A stretch of 64,000 nucleotides of DNA from Hamiltosporidium tvaerminnensis FI-OER-3-3. Its lineage: Eukaryota; Fungi; Microsporidia. The notes under the pieces were generated by a model that worked only from the letters and a program-made list of their open reading frames with translations, was not told the origin of the DNA and made no database searches. Positions 58,359-64,000 of the stretch are shown piece after piece. Position 1 is the first letter of the stretch, and each line of letters starts with the position of its first letter. The stretch is taken from assembly GCA_022605425.2 (NCBI GenBank), contig CM061246.1, positions 186,001 through 250,000 of the forward strand. Reading direction: 5' to 3'. The position numbers were made by a program, and so were the translations under genes.

Positions 58359-60365
58359 ATGAAGAAAAAAATTGGAAAAAATAGAAAAGACAAGTACTAC
58401 AGCATGGCAAAAGAAGATGGTTATAGATCAAGAGCTGCCTATAAATTAATACAGTTGAACGCAAAATATAATTTTCTTTCTGATGCAAATATTTTAGTAG
58501 ACTTATGTGCTGCACCGGGTGGATGGTTACAAGTGGCTAGTAAGTATATGCCAGTAACTAGAAAAATAATAGGCATAGATTTGGATCCTATAAAACCTTT
58601 AAATGATGTTGAAACGCTTATTTGTGATATAACACACGATAAATGTAAAAAGGAATTGAAAAGAATTTTAGACAACAACAAAGTTGATGTTTTTTTGCAT
58701 GACGGTGCACCAAACATGGGTGCTTGTTGGAACAAAGATTCTTTTGTCCAGAACGTATTGGTTCTAAATGCTTTAAAACTTTCTGCCTCTTTTTTAAAGA
58801 AAGGTGGGATTTTCATAAGCAAAGTTTTTCGTTCTAAGGATTATTCTTCTTTATTGTGGGTTTTTAATCAATTTTTTACGAATGTGTCTGCTACAAAGCC
58901 ACTCAGTTCTAGAAATGAAAGCGCAGAAATTTTTGTTATCTGCAAAGGTTTTATAATGCCGGATAAAATAGATTCGGATTTTTTTAAACCAGAAAAGGTT
59001 TTCAGTGATTCAGATAACAATTTGAAGACAAAAGATATTTTAAAAAATAGAGAAAAGGGTAAAGTAGGGGAATATAATGATTTTAAGTTTTATAAAATTG
59101 GACTTTTGTCTAATTGTCTTGTTTCTAAGAATTTGTTGCTTGATTTCTTAACTTTTAGTAAAATTGTTGTTGATTTTGATATTAAAAATGGAAAAGAAGT
59201 TTTTGATAAAATTTTTGACAAGGAATGCCTGTTTCTCTGTGAAGATTTAAAAGTGATAAGTGAAAGAGAAATTAAAATTTTAATAAAAAAAATAGTTAAA
59301 ATTAAAAATTTAATCGAAAAAAAAGAAATTGAAATTGAAATTCATTCTTCAAATAGAAAAGTAGAAACTGAAATCGATAATACCAAAGAATGTGTTTCAG
59401 ACACTGTAAGTGAATATTCCGAAGAATTTAGTGATGAAGAAAAATATTCATCTGAGTTCACCAATTCCGAGGATTACGAATCCTGTTCCGAGGAATTCAA
59501 TGAAAATGATATTGTTGAAGAAAATGATACAAAGATTAAAGAAATTGAGAGAAAAATTGTGAAAAAAAGTAAAGAAACCCGTAAAATGGAAACATCTAGA
59601 CAAATACGTAATATCAAGTCTTTAAAACAACCGTTAGATAATTTTTATTTGGATCCTTTGTTTAGCAAAAGAAATAAAACTTCTGAAATTAAGTCCTTGC
59701 CCGAAAATGAGATATATAATGAAAGTAAGTCAGAACAAATAAATTCTAAACAAGAATCTGGCTTTTCTAATATAAAACCAGAGATATCGCAAACTTCTAA
59801 ATTAGAAAATAATATTCCTGTATCTGAAAATATTAAAAAAGATTTGGACGATGAAATATCCGAAAGTTATAGTTGTTCTGATAGTCTTGAAATTAATGAA
59901 GGTGAACTTCGTTCAATAATTAACTTAAAAGAAAATAAAAAAGATTTTGCATTATCAAGTGTCAACCGATACGTACACGATGACCACAAGAATTTACCAT
60001 CTTTTTATAAAAAAGAAATGGAAGAATTAAATCGTATCAGAGATGAAGAAATAAATTATGAAAAATTTAATTTTTTAGAAAGAAAAAATATTGAAGCATT
60101 GGATAGAAGAAAACGAAGGGCACTTAAGAGATCAGAAAAAGTATTAAAAAATATAGATTTTGATAGTGACGAAGACAGGGAGCAGTTAATTAAGAAAATA
60201 TTTAAAAGTTCTTATAAAAAAACGAAATCCAAACCTAAAGTTATCTTTCCAAGAGGAAAAAATATTAATATACCTAATTGTAAAGGTAAAGTAAAATTGT
60301 TGGATCGACGTATGAAGAAAGATAAAAGAAATAATTTAAAAAAACTTAAAAAAAAGGTAAAATAA
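58359..60365 (+). CDS. SPB1: AdoMet-dependent pre-rRNA 2'-O-methyltransferase Spb1 (FTSJ3)
   Basis: KNRKDKYY.MAKE.GYRSRAAYKLIQLN, DLCAAPGGWLQVA, HDGAPN.G, KVFRSKDY, SSRNESAEIFVIC; C-terminal GKVKLLDRRMKKD.R. Confidence 0.97.
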   Translation: MKKKIGKNRKDKYYSMAKEDGYRSRAAYKLIQLNAKYNFLSDANILVDLCAAPGGWLQVASKYMPVTRKIIGIDLDPIKPLNDVETLICDITHDKCKKELKRILDNNKVDVFLHDGAPNMGACWNKDSFVQNVLVLNALKLSASFLKKGGIFISKVFRSKDYSSLLWVFNQFFTNVSATKPLSSRNESAEIFVICKGFIMPDKIDSDFFKPEKVFSDSDNNLKTKDILKNREKGKVGEYNDFKFYKIGLLSNCLVSKNLLLDFLTFSKIVVDFDIKNGKEVFDKIFDKECLFLCEDLKVISEREIKILIKKIVKIKNLIEKKEIEIEIHSSNRKVETEIDNTKECVSDTVSEYSEEFSDEEKYSSEFTNSEDYESCSEEFNENDIVEENDTKIKEIERKIVKKSKETRKMETSRQIRNIKSLKQPLDNFYLDPLFSKRNKTSEIKSLPENEIYNESKSEQINSKQESGFSNIKPEISQTSKLENNIPVSENIKKDLDDEISESYSCSDSLEINEGELRSIINLKENKKDFALSSVNRYVHDDHKNLPSFYKKEMEELNRIRDEEINYEKFNFLERKNIEALDRRKRRALKRSEKVLKNIDFDSDEDREQLIKKIFKSSYKKTKSKPKVIFPRGKNINIPNCKGKVKLLDRRMKKDKRNNLKKLKKKVK

Positions 60366-60479
60366 TTTTCAGTAAATCTATTTTCTATTTGTTTCTTGAT
60401 TTATTTTACTATTAAATTTTTTATTTAGATACTTTTTTTTTCTTTAATTGAATTTATTTCTTTAGATTGGACAAATATT

Positions 60480-62200
60480 GGAAGAGATGACAGAAGAGGT
60501 GAAGAAGTTTATGAGCAATATAGGATTGGAAATAAACAAAGAGAAGTCAGCCACCAATGATTCATGTTGGGAAGATAATGCTACTCTTCTAGGATATATA
60601 GGTGTTTATAAATACTTTAAAATAATTAAAAAAACAGACTAATCCCAAGAAGTAAGTCGTTTGAGGAAGTACAGACTAAATTTAAAGCAAGGGTAGAAAA
60701 ATTTTTTAGCACGATATTAACTACAAGGAATCTATTTTCTCCAATTAGTAAGTGCGATATCGTTGATCAAATACAACATAGTTCTACTTCTAATGGAATC
60801 GGCTTGACGTATCTAAGTTAGATGATGCAATGCGTTCGGTGTTACTAAAGAACAAAATACATCTACGCTCAGAAAAGTAAAGAACCATTATACCTTCCAG
60901 GTAAGTACCTCGGAAGAGGTTTACGTAGAGTCGAGTTTAAAAGCGAACAAATGCTTTTGAGACTCCTGGATTCTCTGGAGAAATCCAAAGATACATCGAC
61001 GAAAAGAGCAGCAACCTAGAGGTTAAGAACAATAATAAAACTCACTTTTCACCAATAAAAAAACTTTTAAAAATAATATAAAGGTTGGAAAGGGAAGTCA
61101 CAAAGAAAAAATCTACAGAAGCTCAACATCCTATTTTATACAACGAAATAGAAATTGAAAACTACATTGAAAGTTATATAATTCTATAAATAACGAGCTG
61201 GTAAGTGTAAATGACTCCTTTAGTGGGTTAAAGAAAGGAAATGGAAGACCATATGATAAAGCAATGTTCTGCTATAGACAAGATAGAAATCTATTATGGG
61301 GGGCATCAGGTATGTGTCAACACTGCAACCAGTCTATGAAAACAGTAAAAATCTTAAAAAAGAGGTGTGAAAAAATGTTAACATGACATTACTAGACGAC
61401 ACAATGCAGTGTTACGGTGTATACATTTACTTTTCTTGAATAAATATAAGTTTAAGTCCTCAAAACTAATTAGGAGTCACAGAGTTCAAGAAATTCTTGA
61501 TAATAAGGATACAGAGATAAGAGTGAATATCTGGAAAAAAACCGAAGTCAAAATTCGGAATATTAGGCCAGATATATTTATTTTAGATACCAAGTAGAAC
61601 AATGTAACACTCATTAAATTAGAAATCACTTCCTAATATTCTCTTCAAATAGGTTTACCGAGGTGCCAAGGAAGTATAGCACATTAGAAAATGTTTTTAG
61701 GTCTTATTTATAAGTATAGTGTTGAGATAATTTCTTTTATAATCACTTAGAACTGTATTGTTAATTAAATACCATAAGTAACGCCTTAAAGAACCGCAAA
61801 TACCTATGAATGTAGAGGCATATATACAATCCAACTTACTCTAGTAGACAGTCGAAAGAATTTATTTTGATCGACGAAGAGACTTGAGTCTAGGCTAAAT
61901 GCCGAAGAGGGCTGGGAGAGAGCTCCAAAGTGTGTTATTAGCAGAGCCGAGATGCATAAACAACCAACACCCCCTTTAAAGCAAGTAAACAACCAGGAAG
62001 ATGATGTTAAAACGGAAAATACAAAAAATATTTTACCGCTTATTTTAGATAGCATAACCACTGTGAGGAACCAATAACTAATACAAATAAAGAGTTGGAG
62101 TTGGAGGAAGAGATAGAAGTAGTTAAAATGGAGGAAGAAATAGAAGTCGTTAAAATGGTGGAAGAAATTATTTAAAAGAGAAAAAACATTTTAACCTAAA
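60480..62200 (+). mobile_element. Old, heavily mutated RLE retrotransposon copy (RT end to 3' terminus)
   Basis: GLEINKEKSATND, GRGL, RCIHLL..YKFKSSK.IRSH.VQEILDN, RPDIFILD and LNAEE.WERA remnants with many stops. Confidence 0.9.
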
Positions 62201-62249
62201 ATAGTATGCTGAACATTTTTTTAGCCATTTTTTTATTTACTTCTTTTAT

Positions 62250-62940
62250 CAAATCAAGGTTGAGGTTGGAAGCCACATAAAAAACAATCTGCTTGGCAAC
62301 GGTATGTGAAACTAATGTGAATTCATTTGTTTGGCTTTTTGATGCGAATAAAACCACACAAGATTTTCGGGGGTTCAATACGATATCTATGAGTAGGTCT
62401 AGTAAATAGCAAAACATTTCTAAAAATTTCTTTTGTAGTTTTTTATGCAACTAGATCGAATAACGCAGCCGGCTTTTTGGGTAATGGCCATGTAATCGCA
62501 TGGGAAACTACCATTTCTCACTCAGGTTAGAAGACTTAGCGTTTGTGTATTTAAAAAAATAACCCAGTTAAGCCGGGAAACCCAATATACAGCTTATTTA
62601 TTCCTGTTGGTATGACATTGCAGTGTCAAGATAGACTCATGTAAGCCTCTGAAATATATCTTTACTAGAAGGTATTTTTCTTAGAAAGTATAGAGTAAGT
62701 GAGGATGCTGGGTAGGCTCTAGGTGGTGGGTCAAGCCTAACATAAACTCCATGCATCAGACACTAAAGAACTGCGGACAACTGCCTCGGGCCTTAATTAG
62801 GTTCTAAACACCTATTTTAAATGAAAGTTTTCGAATTGTGGTATCTTAGCGTTACTGATGAAGGATTGGAGTAGCAGTTTTTTTGTTAAATCTAGAACTG
62901 CATTAATGACATGAAAACAAAAATAACTCTTGCTACTGTT
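62250..62940 (+). ncRNA. Copy C2 of the dispersed structured non-coding element (divergent subfamily)
   Basis: Shares blocks tttgtagttttttatg, aactagatcg, ggttagaagacttagcg, gccgggaaa, ctgttggtat, gacattgca.tgtc, catgtaag.ctctgaaatatatctt, tagagtaagtg, actccatgca, ttaattaggttct, tagaact with C1. Confidence 0.8.
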
Positions 62941-63269
62941 TATAATACATTTATATTTTAAAGTAAAGTATTATCAAATAAATTAATATCTAATATTTAA
63001 TATTTGTATTAAAATAATTGTGTCTTTTGTCTGAGCAAAAAAAAGCTTTTCTATAGAACCCACTTGGCTAATTTCGGGTGAGCACTTTTTCTCTGCGGGG
63101 AGGATAAGGGAGTGGTTTCCTGGTGTGCAGATAAATATCAAAGAATAGCAGGGTTGGAACTTTAAAAGGCCTGTACTTTATAATCATGAAAATTTATCTC
63201 CTGATTCTATAATCCTGAAATTTAGCATATTATAAGACATAAATGAAAAATCAGAAACTAAAACGAAGT

Positions 63270-64000
63270 AAATGACCTGGCGTAAAATAAAATCATAATC
63301 ATAGAACTGGATCAATAAAGACTTGACGAAGAAAACAAAAAAAATTATAATGGATACAATAAGGGAGCTAAACGTAAAATGTTTTGATTTACCAAGTGAA
63401 AATAAAATATTTGAATGCAAAATGATCAAAAAAGGCTTCTTTCGTTTGTATTCTGTTATCGCAATAAATTAACAGGTTATAGATAAAGTTTGATTTCGGA
63501 TTCTCAGAGATTTGTGAGTAAAATATTTAGTTAAATTTTATAAAAAAGAAAAATTGCTTTAAGATTAAGAAAGAAGATGGAAAAATACATCCGGCGGCGA
63601 TCTATGAGTAAAATTGGAATTAAACAGAGAGAAGAAGAATGGGAGCTATTAACACGTTGGTGTCGATTGGCAACATAAAATAAGTCGCAATGATGCAAGA
63701 ATTTCTCGATGATGAAGTAAACAAAAAACTATATGATGTAGCTAGTTTGAAAGGCATACAAAAAAATAAGTTAAAAATTAAACTAAGCCTATATTATAGT
63801 AAATCTGTATAACAAATAACATGATTAACACTGGCAAAACATTTCCGCAAAATTAAGCCATATATATACTAGAGCGAACTTTTTGGTGAACACAAAGTCG
63901 ATCATCGAGTATATCCTGGTATAAAATATATACCATGTGAAATTATAGACTCTAGAATAATGAGAGGCATAAAATGAAACCGATCATAAAATTATGGTCC
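63270..64000 (+). mobile_element. Possible Merlin-like transposase relic running off the window end
   Basis: Fragments resembling WR.., KG.FF, .GG..ESKIG, WV..G and RVYPG..IYT..Y across frameshifts. Confidence 0.35.

Noticed and set aside
62855-62861. CTGATGA hammerhead core in C2
   Set aside because: Absent from C1 and C3, and no correctly placed GAAA with stems I-III.

Overview
Very AT-rich, gene-sparse eukaryotic DNA that looks like a large-genome microsporidian. This is inferred from the divergent, nearly intronless housekeeping genes, a CCC motif just before most start codons, and one tiny GTAAGT..CTAATAG intron; no database check was possible. Recognisable genes: RPT5, an AN1 zinc finger, a Tof1/Timeless-like protein, an inactive USP, ADA2, a DHHC palmitoyltransferase, SEC10, RIO1, ALG7, a 2-Cys peroxiredoxin, RPS0 and SPB1. 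Intergenic space holds many 5'-truncated or decayed copies of a non-LTR retrotransposon (RT + CCHC + restriction-like endonuclease), several with 9-13 bp TSDs, plus relics of KRBA2/Ginger-like, Merlin-like, Tc1-like and possibly piggyBac-like transposons. The most striking observation is a dispersed ~650-720 bp non-coding element with four copies (50185-50905 +, 62250-62940 +, 57155-57830 -, 29505-30155 -) and two leader-only relatives. Its two best-preserved copies are substantially diverged yet keep the same set of helices, with compensatory and G-U-consistent changes. It is a candidate large structured RNA family of unknown function, often found next to the retrotransposon.
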